Positions 35,417 through 44,923 of a stretch of DNA of 61,029 nt are shown piece after piece. This DNA is from Candidatus Omnitrophota bacterium (lineage in GTDB: Bacteria > Omnitrophota > Gorgyraeia > B26-G9 > JBDRCZ01): assembly GCA_043821285.1 (NCBI GenBank), contig JBDRCZ010000115.1, positions 1 to 61,029 on the forward strand. Direction: 5' to 3'. The notes under the pieces were generated by a model, which searched no databases, was not told the DNA's origin, and saw only the letters and a program-made list of their open reading frames with translations. Numbering within the stretch: the first letter of the stretch is position 1; each line of letters opens with the position of its first letter. The position numbers and the translations under genes are program-made.

Positions 35417-36541
35417 TTATACTTTCAAGGTTTTCGTTTTTTCCTCGATCGAACCAATCAGTCTATCAAAAGCCTTTTGAAACGCCAGCACGCCTTCATC
35501 CTGGATTATCTGGCATATCTTATCAATATCAATCCCCATGCTGTCTAAATCCGCGAGCTCTTTTTCTGCTTCATTAACATCTTTATCTACTGTTTGCGCA
35601 ATTTTACCATGGTACTGAAACGCCAAAACCGTGGCTTCGGGGATAGTATTAATCGTATCTTTACCAATCAACTCTTCTACATATTTCACATCAGAGTAAG
35701 CCGGATTCTTCGTACTTGTTGAGCCCCAAAGCAGGCGCTGTACATGCCCCCCACGCGCTAAAATTTCCTTAAAGCTATCATTAAAAAATATTTCACGGTA
35801 GCGCTGATAAATCATTTTTGCATTAGCCACAGCAATCTTGCCCTTAAGCATTGCTATACACTCTTTAACCGGGGTTTCCGTTTCTCTATTTAACAAATCA
35901 TCGAGCATCTGATCAACCGTGGTATCGACACGGCTGACAAACACACTGGCAACCGAACTCACAATTTGGATATCCGCCCCGTTTTTAAGCCGTTTTTTCA
36001 GCCCGTCAATATAGGCATTCGCAATTGCCTGATAATGCCGCTTGGAAAAAAGCAAGGTCGCGTTTATATTTATCCCTTCGGCAATCAACACGGCAATTGC
36101 TTCCGGCCCTTCTTTGGTCCCGGGAATTTTAATCATAATATTCGGGCGGTTAAGTTTTTCAAAGAGCACCCGTGCATTATCTATGGTTTTTACTGCATCA
36201 TGGGCATACTGCGGCAAAACTTCTATACTAACATACCCGTCGCGTTTATTTGTTGCCTTATAAACCGGTAAAAGCATATCCGCAGCATCAGCAACGTCTT
36301 GAATGGTTAACGCATCATAAATTTCTAACGGCGTCATGCCTTCGGTAACAAAATGCTCAATATTCCGGTCATAATCAGAAGAGTTATTAATCGCCTTTTC
36401 AAATATCGCAGGGTTCGAAGTAACCCCCATTATCCCTTGCTTAAAAAACTCTTGCAACCCCCCGTTTTTAATCAAACCGCGTTCAATATTGTCATACCAC
36501 GGACTTTGCCCAGCTTCATATAATTTTTTTAAATTATTCAT
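35417..36541 (-). CDS. tal: Transaldolase (long form)
   Basis: 374 aa. GQSPWYDNI...GVTSNPAIFEKAI and IKIPGT (active-site Lys) blocks. Confidence 0.88.
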   Translation of the reverse strand: MNNLKKLYEAGQSPWYDNIERGLIKNGGLQEFFKQGIMGVTSNPAIFEKAINNSSDYDRNIEHFVTEGMTPLEIYDALTIQDVADAADMLLPVYKATNKRDGYVSIEVLPQYAHDAVKTIDNARVLFEKLNRPNIMIKIPGTKEGPEAIAVLIAEGININATLLFSKRHYQAIANAYIDGLKKRLKNGADIQIVSSVASVFVSRVDTTVDQMLDDLLNRETETPVKECIAMLKGKIAVANAKMIYQRYREIFFNDSFKEILARGGHVQRLLWGSTSTKNPAYSDVKYVEELIGKDTINTIPEATVLAFQYHGKIAQTVDKDVNEAEKELADLDSMGIDIDKICQIIQDEGVLAFQKAFDRLIGSIEEKTKTLKV

Positions 36542-36569
36542 ATTGAACCCTCATGAAGGAAATTTTTAT

Positions 36570-37274
36570 TTAGTTGCCTAAATTTTTCAGCAGACGCACA
36601 GTTTTATTCAAATTTTTCGCACCAAACAAAAAACTTGCCGTAACCAGCATATTTGCCCCGGCAGAAATTACCAAAGGTGCAGTTTTACTGCTTACCCCTC
36701 CATCTACGGCAATATCTTTGGAAAATATTTTTCTTAAGGCCTTAACCTTTGACAATACTTCCGGTTTAAAACTCTGTCCGGCAAATCCAGGATTAACTGA
36801 CATAATCAGCACCATATCCAAATCATCCAAAATATCTTTGATGCAAAGCGGTGTGCCTGGATTTAGCGCAATCCCGGTACCTGCCCCCTGTTTCTTTATT
36901 TCCCGCAGTATCCAACGTGCCTTTTTTTCGTCAAAAGAAGTTATTTCTTTGGGGAATTTACCAAATCCTTGTGATTTCTTTTTAAGACGTCCCAAAGACT
37001 CTGCATGTACCGTTATAATATCCGCTCCTGCCGCTATGTAATCTTTGATATAATATGCCGGATTTTCAATCATCAGGTGTGCTTCAATAGGAAGCTTGGT
37101 ATACGGTCTGATAGATTTAATAATTATTGGACCAATGGTGAGATTAGGAACAAAGTGCCCATCCATCACATCAATATGAAACATATCTACTTTTGCCCGG
37201 TTACATCTTTCAATCTCCTGACTGAGACTCGCAAAATCACAGGATAAAATACTTGGGGCAATTTTAATTTTCAT
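36570..37274 (-). CDS. rpe: Ribulose-phosphate 3-epimerase
   Basis: KIAPSILSCDF, MFHIDVMDGHFVPN, MSVNPGFAGQ, VDGG. Start chosen at ATG 37274 (alternatives 37286, 37310). Carries a ~15-aa insertion (SLGRLKKKSQGFGKFPKEITS). Confidence 0.88.
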   Translation of the reverse strand: MKIKIAPSILSCDFASLSQEIERCNRAKVDMFHIDVMDGHFVPNLTIGPIIIKSIRPYTKLPIEAHLMIENPAYYIKDYIAAGADIITVHAESLGRLKKKSQGFGKFPKEITSFDEKKARWILREIKKQGAGTGIALNPGTPLCIKDILDDLDMVLIMSVNPGFAGQSFKPEVLSKVKALRKIFSKDIAVDGGVSSKTAPLVISAGANMLVTASFLFGAKNLNKTVRLLKNLGN

Positions 37275-37554
37275 TTTTTTACTCATCCAACCTGTACATG
37301 CCAAAACCAAACATAATAAAGAATATTTTGGCTCGTTTAGCTTGTGATATGAAAATCTACAGTTTTCAAACTTTCCCTTTTTATTTTTAAAATTAATTCT
37401 CTGGCGATAGAGAAACTTTTATTCGTTTATGATAAAACTATATACAGTTGGGCAATAAAATACCTTCTCCGATAGTCTCCCAATTGGCATGTATTTTCTT
37501 AATCTCGGCAATCATTGCTTATTGGTATCATCCAGCATTCAGTGATATTTTACA

Positions 37555-39335
37555 CTAATCAAAAAGTGTTATCAAGTACTTTCTATCCGCGCTGCTGCTA
37601 CTTTTCCCGGCCTGAGGTTTTTTTAAATCTTTAAGGAATTCGCGGTCTATCTTAGTAAATCCTAATGACTTTGCCCTATACAAATCCTGCCAGCATTTGT
37701 CATACTCATTTATCAAAAAATATACCACTGCCCGGTTGTAGTAGGCATCAACACAATCAGGAGATAATGCTAATGTTTTGTTATAATCAGAAACAGCCTG
37801 CATCAGATTCCTTCCTTGATAATATGCCTTTGCCCGGTTATAATAGGCGTTAGTATAATAAGGGGTTGAGCTTTATCGCCCTGTTGTAATCAGAGATAGC
37901 TTTACCAATAAGACCTCTTTTCATATAGACAAGTCCTCGATTATTGTAAGCTAAGCTATCCTTAGGATTAATTTTTATTGCCTTATTAAAATCCGCAATA
38001 GCCTCATCAAGCCGGCCGATCTTTCGATAAGCATTTCCCCGTTCGTTGTACAGCCTTAACTTCCCTGGTGATTTACAAACTACATCATTCCACAACGTAA
38101 GTTCATTTCTCCATACACTGTTCCTGGCGTAAGTTAACACAGAATACCCGCTAATAATGATCAGCAATACTGCCGCTGTTAATTTGTGTGTTTTGTTCCC
38201 GATAAAATAATACGTCATACTTACCAAAAAAAGACTAAAACCGGCCATTGGTAACTATAGCCTGTGTTCAAAAATTACATCGCGAATCGGGAAAATGCTC
38301 GATTCAGGTAATAACGTTATAAAAAACCAGAATATGGCAAAAGATATCAACCTGTATTTATAACGTATCTGCAAAGCAATAGCTATAATTATTAGCAAAA
38401 GAATAAAACTGCTAATTACATAAGGCGCGCTAAAATTTCGCGTAATCGGATAATCATCGTCTAAATTTTGGTTTAACGGTATAAATAAAAGCCTCAGATA
38501 CGTAATCATAACTTTAAACTGAGTCAAAAGATAATGCCCCGGCGAAATACCCGGCCCCCCCTTCAGCAGACAGCCGCATCTCCTGAATATTTACTGTGTT
38601 TGTTATAATCATTGTCAAAGGGATAACGAGTATCGTAACCAATAAAGGTAAAAGCCGTCTGTAATTGATACCTTTTTTAGTTCTAAAAAACCATGCTTGA
38701 TAAAGAAGTATCATCAGCGGTAAAGTTAATGTTGTCTCCTTGGTAAACATAGCTATAATTGTTGTAATTAGTGAACCGGCATAATATAATCTTTTATTAG
38801 TTTCTCCCTCTACTAATTTAGATTTAACATAGAGGCTAACCGCCAACAGATAAAACAAAGTGGCTAAAGAAGCAGCCCGTTGAATAATATATGTCACGGC
38901 CTGAGTCTGAATCGGATGTGCTATAAATATTAGTGCAACAAAAAACGCAATATGATGAGTAAATCTGGTAATTTTATTATCCTTCATTTCCGGGGTAGAA
39001 AGCGTTAAAAAAACTAACCACCAGACCATAATTGCCGATACCAGATGAACTACCAAATTAAATAAATGGTAACCAACCACATTAAGCTGGCCAAAATGGT
39101 AGTTTACGGCAATAGAGAGATAGGTTAGAAAACGGGTAGGCCAGAAATTCCAGATCGCTTTTAAATCAGCAAGGTTAGTTATGTTTGAATTTTCAATAAT
39201 CGAAGAATTATCGTCAAAATGAAATGAGCTCTGGAAGGTATTTGAATAAATGACAACGCCTAAAAGACATAATATAATTATTGCAATCTTATTGGAGTAT
39301 ATTATATTGCGAGAAAATATCTTAATGGCAAGCAC
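37555..39335 (-). pseudogene. TMTC/PMT-like membrane glycosyltransferase-TPR protein disrupted by two frameshifts and one in-frame TAG
   Basis: Four consecutive ORFs (38514..39335, 38255..38527, 37850..38248, 37555..37803) read as one protein. The pieces are FHFDD membrane domain, LLTQFKVMITYLRLL...FEHRL (DUF1736-like), then TPR repeats. Lesions: C7 tract at 38555-38561, TAG at 38255-38257 where Tyr is expected (EHRL*LPMAGF), frameshift near 37853-37866. Confidence 0.7.
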
Positions 39336-39572
39336 AATGTTTTTTATTAATTGGTTTTCTCTTAATCTTCTCTTTCCCTCTGCAACGATGTCCCAGTACG
39401 CCGATGCCGAATGCAGTACACTAATAACACTAACATCGGCATCCCGATGTTACTCTTACGAATTAGCATCATTCGGGATAAAGGAAAACTATCTTTCCCC
39501 TTAAAATCCCCTTTTGGGTTCAAATCCCCTAATGTTTACGATTTGATATTAGCTATTCGCCATTTGCTAAAT

Positions 39573-39650
39573 TGGCGTCCCCACGGGGATTTGAACCCCG
39601 GTCGTCAGATCGAAAATCTGATGTCCTAGACCAGACTAGACGATGGGGAC
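39573..39650 (-). tRNA. tRNA-Glu (UUC), CCA encoded
   Basis: Hand-folded cloverleaf: GTCCCCA-TC-GTCT..GGAC-A-TCAGA-TTTTCGA-TCTGA-CGAC-CGGGG-TTCAAAT-CCCCG-TGGGGAC-G-CCA. Confidence 0.88.
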
Positions 39651-39740
39651 GCTTTTATTGGCAAATAGCTAATTGTATACAGTTTTTTTACTGTACACTG
39701 CTTGCCTTCCGTTAGGGAGGTAAACTGTTACCTGTTTCTA

Positions 39741-39816
39741 TGGTGAGCCGCCCAGGACTCGAACCTGGCACACCCGCCTTAAAAGGGCGGTGCTCTACCT
39801 GATGAGCTAGCGGCCC
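39741..39816 (-). tRNA. tRNA-Lys (UUU), CCA encoded
   Basis: Hand-folded cloverleaf: GGGCCGC-TA-GCTC..GAGC-A-CCGCC-CTTTTAA-GGCGG-GTGTG-CCAGG-TTCGAGT-CCTGG-GCGGCTC-A-CCA. Confidence 0.88.
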
Positions 39817-39988
39817 ACAAATATGTTACAAATTTGGCTTTTGCGGTTTGTTTTAGCTAATTTCTATGGAAAAGTCTAAGTTACAGCAATTATTTTAATA
39901 ATATTTGTGATCATCCCTGCCGGCAGACAAGTGTATTTTTCAATCTGTGCCAATTTGTGTATAAGCACTATAGTTCAGTGCAAATTAC

Positions 39989-40549
39989 CTATACTTCCAT
40001 GATTTCTTTTTCTTTATTCTTCAAAGATTCGTCAGTTTTAGATATATATTTATTAGTTAATTTTTGCACTTCTTCTTGCGCCTTAAAACTATCATCTTCC
40101 GTAACTGTTCCTTCTTTCTGTGCCTTTTTTAAGTGCTCATTCGCATCTCTTCTAATCGAACGGATTGCCACACGTTGCTCTTCGGCCATCTTATGTGTAA
40201 CCTTTACCAGCTCCTCACGGCGTTCCTGAGTTAGCTGGGGAACTGAAAGCCTGATTAATTTCCCATCATTGCTCGGTGTTATTCCGATATCCGATTTCAA
40301 AATAGCTTTCTCAATTTCCACCAGCGAATTAGGGTCCCAGGGGTGTATTATAATAAGACGCGGCTCAGGAGCAGAAATATTTGCCAGCTGTTTCAGCGGC
40401 GTAGCTGCTCCATAATAATCAACTTTGATCATTTCAACAAGCCCGCTTGAAGCCCTGCCAGTACGCACAGAATTAAATTCACGAATTACTAAATCCAAGG
40501 ATTTTTTCATTTTGTCTTCTGCTTCGTTTAATATTTTCTGTTGCTGCAT
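39989..40549 (-). CDS. frr: Ribosome recycling factor
   Basis: 186 aa. Typical RRF blocks (VRTGRASSGLVE, PWDP, NDGKLIRLSVPQLTEERR). ATG 40549 follows GGGGGT. Confidence 0.92.
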   Translation of the reverse strand: MQQQKILNEAEDKMKKSLDLVIREFNSVRTGRASSGLVEMIKVDYYGAATPLKQLANISAPEPRLIIIHPWDPNSLVEIEKAILKSDIGITPSNDGKLIRLSVPQLTQERREELVKVTHKMAEEQRVAIRSIRRDANEHLKKAQKEGTVTEDDSFKAQEEVQKLTNKYISKTDESLKNKEKEIMEV

Positions 40550-40734
40550 ACGCACCCCCTAAATGACCCGCCAAACATCATGGCGGGCAAAAACCAGTCA
40601 AGTAACATAATCAGTGACCGATAGCCCGTCAAAATGTCGCAGATCCGCCAACGTATTAGCGGCAGACATGGCGGGGAATTCCCCCCCTGTTTTTTTACAT
40701 AAGTAAGATCGGAAGATTTTAGGCAATTATTTAC

Positions 40735-41457
40735 TCAATTACTAATAACTGTTCCTATCTTCTTTCCGCAAATTGCCTGTTTGATACTATCCTTCTTAAA
40801 TAAATTAAAAACAATTATTGGTAATTGGTTATCTTTACATAAACTTATTGCTGTCGAATCCATCACTGCTAAATCATGTTTTAATACATCCAAATAAGTT
40901 AAACAGCTGTATTTTTTTGCGGTTTTTGACTTCATTGGGTCCGCGGAATATACCCCATCGACTTTTGTAGCTTTTAGCAGCACATCGGCATTTATTTCTG
41001 AAGCACGTAATGCTGCCGCCGTATCCGTTGTAAAATACGGATTACCGGTACCGGCAGTGAAGATAACCACTCTTCCTTTTTCCAGATGCCGTATTGCCCT
41101 TCTTCTTATATAGGGTTCAGCCAGCTCCTGCATCTGAATTGCCGTCAATACCCTGGTATTCACATCTACTTTCTCAAGCGCTGACTGTAACGCCATTCCG
41201 TTAATCACGGTTGCCAGCATTCCCATATAATCTGCAGTGGAACGGTCAATGCTGCGACCCAAAGTAGAAGAGGCACGAAATATGTTTCCTGCGCCAACGA
41301 CAATTGCAATCTGGACACCGGTCTTTTTGACATCTTTCAATTCCTCAGCTAAATTAACCAAAACCGCGGCATCAATACCAAATCCCTGATTTCCCTGAAA
41401 TGCCTCACCGCTCAGTTTTAAAATAACCCGCTTATATACTGATTTATAGCTCTTCAC
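40735..41457 (-). CDS. pyrH: UMP kinase
   Basis: 240 aa. [49 protein letters not shown]. Confidence 0.92.
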   Translation of the reverse strand: MKSYKSVYKRVILKLSGEAFQGNQGFGIDAAVLVNLAEELKDVKKTGVQIAIVVGAGNIFRASSTLGRSIDRSTADYMGMLATVINGMALQSALEKVDVNTRVLTAIQMQELAEPYIRRRAIRHLEKGRVVIFTAGTGNPYFTTDTAAALRASEINADVLLKATKVDGVYSADPMKSKTAKKYSCLTYLDVLKHDLAVMDSTAISLCKDNQLPIIVFNLFKKDSIKQAICGKKIGTVISN

Positions 41458-42040
41458 CTAACTGAAACCTTTCAAATCGTCTGATTATTATATTTTCACC
41501 AATTTTAGCAATAATTGAAGTAAGGTAATCCCCAACAGTCAACTTATCATCTTTTATAAATGGCTGTTCTAATAAACAAACCTCGGCAAAAAATTTATCC
41601 AGCTTCCCATTTGTTATTTTTTCTAATATTTCTTTTGGTTTTTTATCACCAATCTGTGATTTTATTATCTCTTTCTCTTTATCAATTAATTCTTGCGGCA
41701 CTTCTTCCCTTTTTATATATTTGGGCACAGAAGCGGTAATCTGCATGGCAATATCCTTTACAAAAATTTTAAACATATCATTACGCGCCACAAAATCAGT
41801 CTCACAATTCACCTCAACAATAACCCCAATCTTTCCGCCTAAATGAATATATGCGTCTATTAATCCGGCATTTGTTATCCGCTGTGATTTTTTGACCGCA
41901 ACAGCTGTTCCCTTTTTCCTCAATATTTCTATTGCCTTTTCAATATCTCCATCTGCTTCTGACAATGCCTTTTTACAATCTACCACTCCGGCATTGGTTT
42001 TATCTCTTAGTTTTTTTATTTGTTCCATCGTTACCGGCAT
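41444..42040 (-). CDS. tsf: Elongation factor Ts (short form)
   Basis: [31 protein letters not shown]. Start moved to ATG 42040, which follows GGAGGGAAA. Confidence 0.9.
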   Translation of the reverse strand: MPVTMEQIKKLRDKTNAGVVDCKKALSEADGDIEKAIEILRKKGTAVAVKKSQRITNAGLIDAYIHLGGKIGVIVEVNCETDFVARNDMFKIFVKDIAMQITASVPKYIKREEVPQELIDKEKEIIKSQIGDKKPKEILEKITNGKLDKFFAEVCLLEQPFIKDDKLTVGDYLTSIIAKIGENIIIRRFERFQLGEEL

Positions 42041-42079
42041 CTTATTTCCCTCCAATTATTTTAAGTTCTGTCAAAATGA

Positions 42080-42107
42080 ATATCCCCCGCAGCAAGCTGC
42101 GGGATAT
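42080..42107 (-). terminator. Hairpin with U-rich tail between rpsB and tsf (possible attenuator)
   Basis: Minus-strand RNA: AUAUCCCGCAG-CUUG-CUGCGGGGGAUAU followed by UCAUUUUGAC. Position matches the rpsB-tsf attenuator known in E. coli. Confidence 0.4.
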
Positions 42108-42180
42108 ATTCATACACCGAAAATGTAATCATTTTCCGGTCATACGCCTAGGCGGATGCAAACGAAATTGTCGTCTTTTT

Positions 42181-42220
42181 GTTTTTTATGCCCAATACTC
42201 GATACTCAATACGCAATTCA
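42181..42220. repeat. CAATAC hexamer cluster related to 6156-6180
   Basis: gttttttatgcccaatactcgatactcaatacgcaatt, compared with gtttttatgcgcaatacgagtattg at 6156-6180. Confidence 0.5.
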
Positions 42221-42244
42221 TATTTATAATACGTTCCCCTTACC

Positions 42245-43069
42245 CTAACCGCTGTTATCGTTAGCGTTATTATCACTATTTTTATCATTAGCTTGATTAT
42301 CACTATCGGATGGCAAAGATTCTGATTTTTTACCATTTTCTTCAGTTGACTTATCTTTTTTTTTCTCTACCTCACGCCCCTCGGTAAAACGCGCCCGTCC
42401 TTCAATAATCGATTCGGCAATTACTGAAGTGATCAGCTTTATCGAACGGATTGCATCATCATTTCCCGGAATTATAAAATCGATCATATCCGGATCACCA
42501 TTAGTATCAACTACCGCAATCACCGGGATAGATAATTTACGTGCTTCTTTCACGGCAGTTTCTTCCCGCTTTGAATCAATCACAAAGAGCGCGCCGGGAA
42601 GTTTATTCATGTCTCTTATACCGCTTAAGTTCTTACTCAGTTTTTCAAGTTCCTTATTTAAACCTGCGGCTTCTTTTTTGGTCAATAAATCCAATGTCTT
42701 ATCTTCCTTCATCTTCTCAATCTCTTTCATCCGGCGGATACTTTTCCTCACCGTTTCAAAATTTGTCAAAGTGCCGCCCAACCATCGTTGTGTCACATAA
42801 AACATATTTGCCCGTTGTGCCTCAGCGGCAATTGCATCCTGGGCCTGTTTTTTAGTCCCCATAAACAAAACATATTCGCCTTTTGCCGCAATTTGCGTAA
42901 CAAAAGCACATGCCTCGTTAATACAGACAAGTGTCTTCTGTAAATCAATTATGTAAATCCCTTCACGTTTCCCAAAAATAAATCTCTTCATTTTTGGATT
43001 CCATCGTTTCGTTTGATGTCCAAAGTGGACACCTGCTTCCAACAATTGTTTGATAGTAACCTGTGCCAA
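42245..43069 (-). CDS. rpsB: 30S ribosomal protein S2 with low-complexity acidic/Asn-rich C-terminal tail
   Basis: [21 protein letters not shown]-terminus. TTG start preceded by AAGGGGGT. Tail: [39 protein letters not shown]. Confidence 0.93.
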   Translation of the reverse strand: MAQVTIKQLLEAGVHFGHQTKRWNPKMKRFIFGKREGIYIIDLQKTLVCINEACAFVTQIAAKGEYVLFMGTKKQAQDAIAAEAQRANMFYVTQRWLGGTLTNFETVRKSIRRMKEIEKMKEDKTLDLLTKKEAAGLNKELEKLSKNLSGIRDMNKLPGALFVIDSKREETAVKEARKLSIPVIAVVDTNGDPDMIDFIIPGNDDAIRSIKLITSVIAESIIEGRARFTEGREVEKKKDKSTEENGKKSESLPSDSDNQANDKNSDNNANDNSG

Positions 43070-43168
43070 TTTATTACCCCCTTAAATGACGACATAAGTT
43101 ACAGAACCGAAGGTGCTGTAACTTATCTGTCGGAATTTAATCCGCCAATCTTTGTGGCGGATATTAAG
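43070..43168 (-). promoter_or_regulatory. Structured rpsB leader (two hairpins) shared with the pheS leader
   Basis: Hairpins at 43091-43131 (GACAGATAAGTTACAG...CTGTAACTTATGTC) and 43142-43160 (CCGCCACAAAGATTGGCGG). Flanks are near-identical to 59342-59417 and 59541-59567. Confidence 0.6.
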
Positions 43169-43474
43169 TTTATTCCTCAATGAGTACACATCTTATGGAA
43201 CATAGTGAACATAAGTTGCAGTACGAATTGATTCCGCTAAGCGTGGGGAAATTGTCGAAGAGAATTTCCCCTTGTCTAAGCAAGGGACAAATCACATAAT
43301 CCCAACAAACACTAATACCTACACTAAAATACCCAATGCATTGATTATGCCTGCTAACAAGCAAAACTTCGTGCTTATCTTACTAAAACAAAAATATACC
43401 ACAACAATAAATCGTACAAATTCATGCGTTTAATTAGTATACCATATTAATTTTCTTTTTCAAGTATTTTATTT

Positions 43475-43654
43475 TTATGTGCAAAAATAATCATTATCTG
43501 CGAAAAAGAATGCCTTAACACGTAGCGCGTTAAACGCCTGATTTTGCGTTGATTTAAATATGTTCCCTTCTATTGCCAGATGCGCTAAAAATCGTTCAAT
43601 CTCATGTTTACCCATCTCTTTGGGATGTCTTGTGCTATGAAATTTTAGGTTCAT
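43475..43654 (-). pseudogene. Fragment of an integron-type tyrosine recombinase (N-terminal SAM-like domain only)
   Basis: My translation: MNLKFHSTRHPKEMGKHEIERFLAHLAIEGNIFKSTQNQAFNALRVKAFFFADNDYFCT. It follows the IntI-family pattern FH-x2-RHP-x2-(M/L)G-x2-E(V/I)E-x-FL-x2-LA...ST-x2-QA-x2-AL. No catalytic domain follows. 59 aa, below the ORF-track cutoff. Confidence 0.55.
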
Positions 43655-43740
43655 TCGTAAATAATGTAGAGCTATTTTTGTAACATTTTGATATATAAGA
43701 GAAACGACAAAATAACATGCTGCACTTTATTTATCAAAGT

Positions 43741-43789
43741 TTGGCTTGCTTGAGCTGAGCCTTACACAGCTCAAGCGAAAGCAAGCCAA
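43741..43789. repeat. 49-bp imperfect palindrome with a bulged arm
   Basis: TTGGCTTGCTTGAGCTG-agccttaca-CAGCTCAAGCGAAAGCAAGCCAA. One arm carries 6 extra nt. Lies ~90 bp from the integrase fragment. Confidence 0.6.
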
Positions 43790-43927
43790 TAGGTTATGAT
43801 GACAACAATTCTCTCCTTGTAATCGATATTGTCTGGCCAGATCTTTATTTTATTCTTCCCCTCTCACCTTGTCAACTGTTTGTCGTGTCCGTGGTGTATA
43901 AAAGATGCGCTTAAAAAACGCAGCCTT

Positions 43928-44923
43928 TTACCGGCTATTACTAATACGCGCAATCAACTCTTCCTGTGAACAGGTAGCCACACCGAGCTTGCCAACGACA
44001 ATGCCGGCAGCATAATTTGAAATATGCGCGGCTTCCTGCATCGTTGCCCCGGAAGCCAATGCCAGAGTAAATGCGGCAATAACCGTATCTCCGGCGCCAG
44101 ATACATCAAATACCTCCTGCGCCCGTGTCGGGATACTGGTTATTTTATTGCTCTTCTCGAATAAGCACATCCCGTCTTCCCCAAGGGTGATCAATACTCC
44201 CGCGGTATTTAAATTACGCAAAAGTTTTTTTCCGGCAGCAGCAAGGGTTGTTTTATCTTTGATAATAATGTTTGCTGCTTGACCCGCTTCATTTGTATTT
44301 GGGGTCAAACAAGTAACCCCGCGGTAATATTTAATGTTTTCTTCTTTGGGGTCAACCGTAACTATTAGATTGTTTTTTTTGGCGAATTTTACAACTCCCC
44401 GGATTAAGTCTGGGATAATCATCCCCTTACCGTAATCTTCGAGCAATACCGCCCTTGATGAATCAATATTCTTCTCAATATAAGATAATATTCTCTCAAC
44501 CTGTTTTTTGTTTATCTCTGATAATTTCTCCCGGTCCACACGTACAATCTGCTGCTGACGGGCAATAATTCTTGTTTTTAAAGTGGTGGGGCGCAGATAG
44601 TCAACCATTACTCCGGAAACATCTACCCCGCTATTTTTGAGCAGCTCATTTAAAACTCCCGCCCGATGGTCATCGCCAACTAATCCGATAAGGTTTACCC
44701 TGCCGCCCAATGCCGCTATGTTTGTTGCCACGTTTGCCGCACCGCCAGGCATAAATGATTCATGTTTAACTTCCAACACCGGCACCGGTGCTTCCGGAGA
44801 AATCCGGCCTACTTCTCCCCAGACAAATTCATCAAGGATTAAATCCCCAACCACAATAACTGTATTGTGGCAAAAGTTATTAATTATCTTTATTATTTCC
44901 TTTTTAGTCTTATCTGACTTCAC
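43928..44923 (-). CDS. hldA: D-glycero-beta-D-manno-heptose-7-phosphate kinase (RfaE domain I only, PfkB family)
   Basis: 331 aa. VIVVGDLILDEFVWGEVGRISPEAPVPVLEV and C-terminal DVSGAGDT are typical of the RfaE/HldE kinase domain. No adenylyltransferase domain is attached. Confidence 0.8.
   Translation of the reverse strand: MKSDKTKKEIIKIINNFCHNTVIVVGDLILDEFVWGEVGRISPEAPVPVLEVKHESFMPGGAANVATNIAALGGRVNLIGLVGDDHRAGVLNELLKNSGVDVSGVMVDYLRPTTLKTRIIARQQQIVRVDREKLSEINKKQVERILSYIEKNIDSSRAVLLEDYGKGMIIPDLIRGVVKFAKKNNLIVTVDPKEENIKYYRGVTCLTPNTNEAGQAANIIIKDKTTLAAAGKKLLRNLNTAGVLITLGEDGMCLFEKSNKITSIPTRAQEVFDVSGAGDTVIAAFTLALASGATMQEAAHISNYAAGIVVGKLGVATCSQEELIARISNSR

Noticed and set aside
38255-38257. In-frame TAG as stop-codon reassignment or pyrrolysine-type recoding
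   Set aside because: All other long ORFs are intact under the standard code. The same gene also carries two frameshifts, so ordinary gene decay or sequencing error is the simpler explanation.
39505-39540. tRNA 3'-half duplicate (TGGGTTCAAATCCCCT on the + strand) as an integration att scar next to tRNA-Glu
   Set aside because: Only the T-loop and part of the stem match tRNA-Glu. Orientation is opposite to the tRNA. There is no acceptor-stem match and no integrase adjacent.
42148-43364. ORFs 42148..42336 and 43170..43364 (62-64 aa, minus strand)
   Set aside because: The first overlaps the rpsB 3' end and the CAATAC repeat. The second lies in the structured rpsB upstream region. Neither has an SD or a recognisable family, and both have odd composition.
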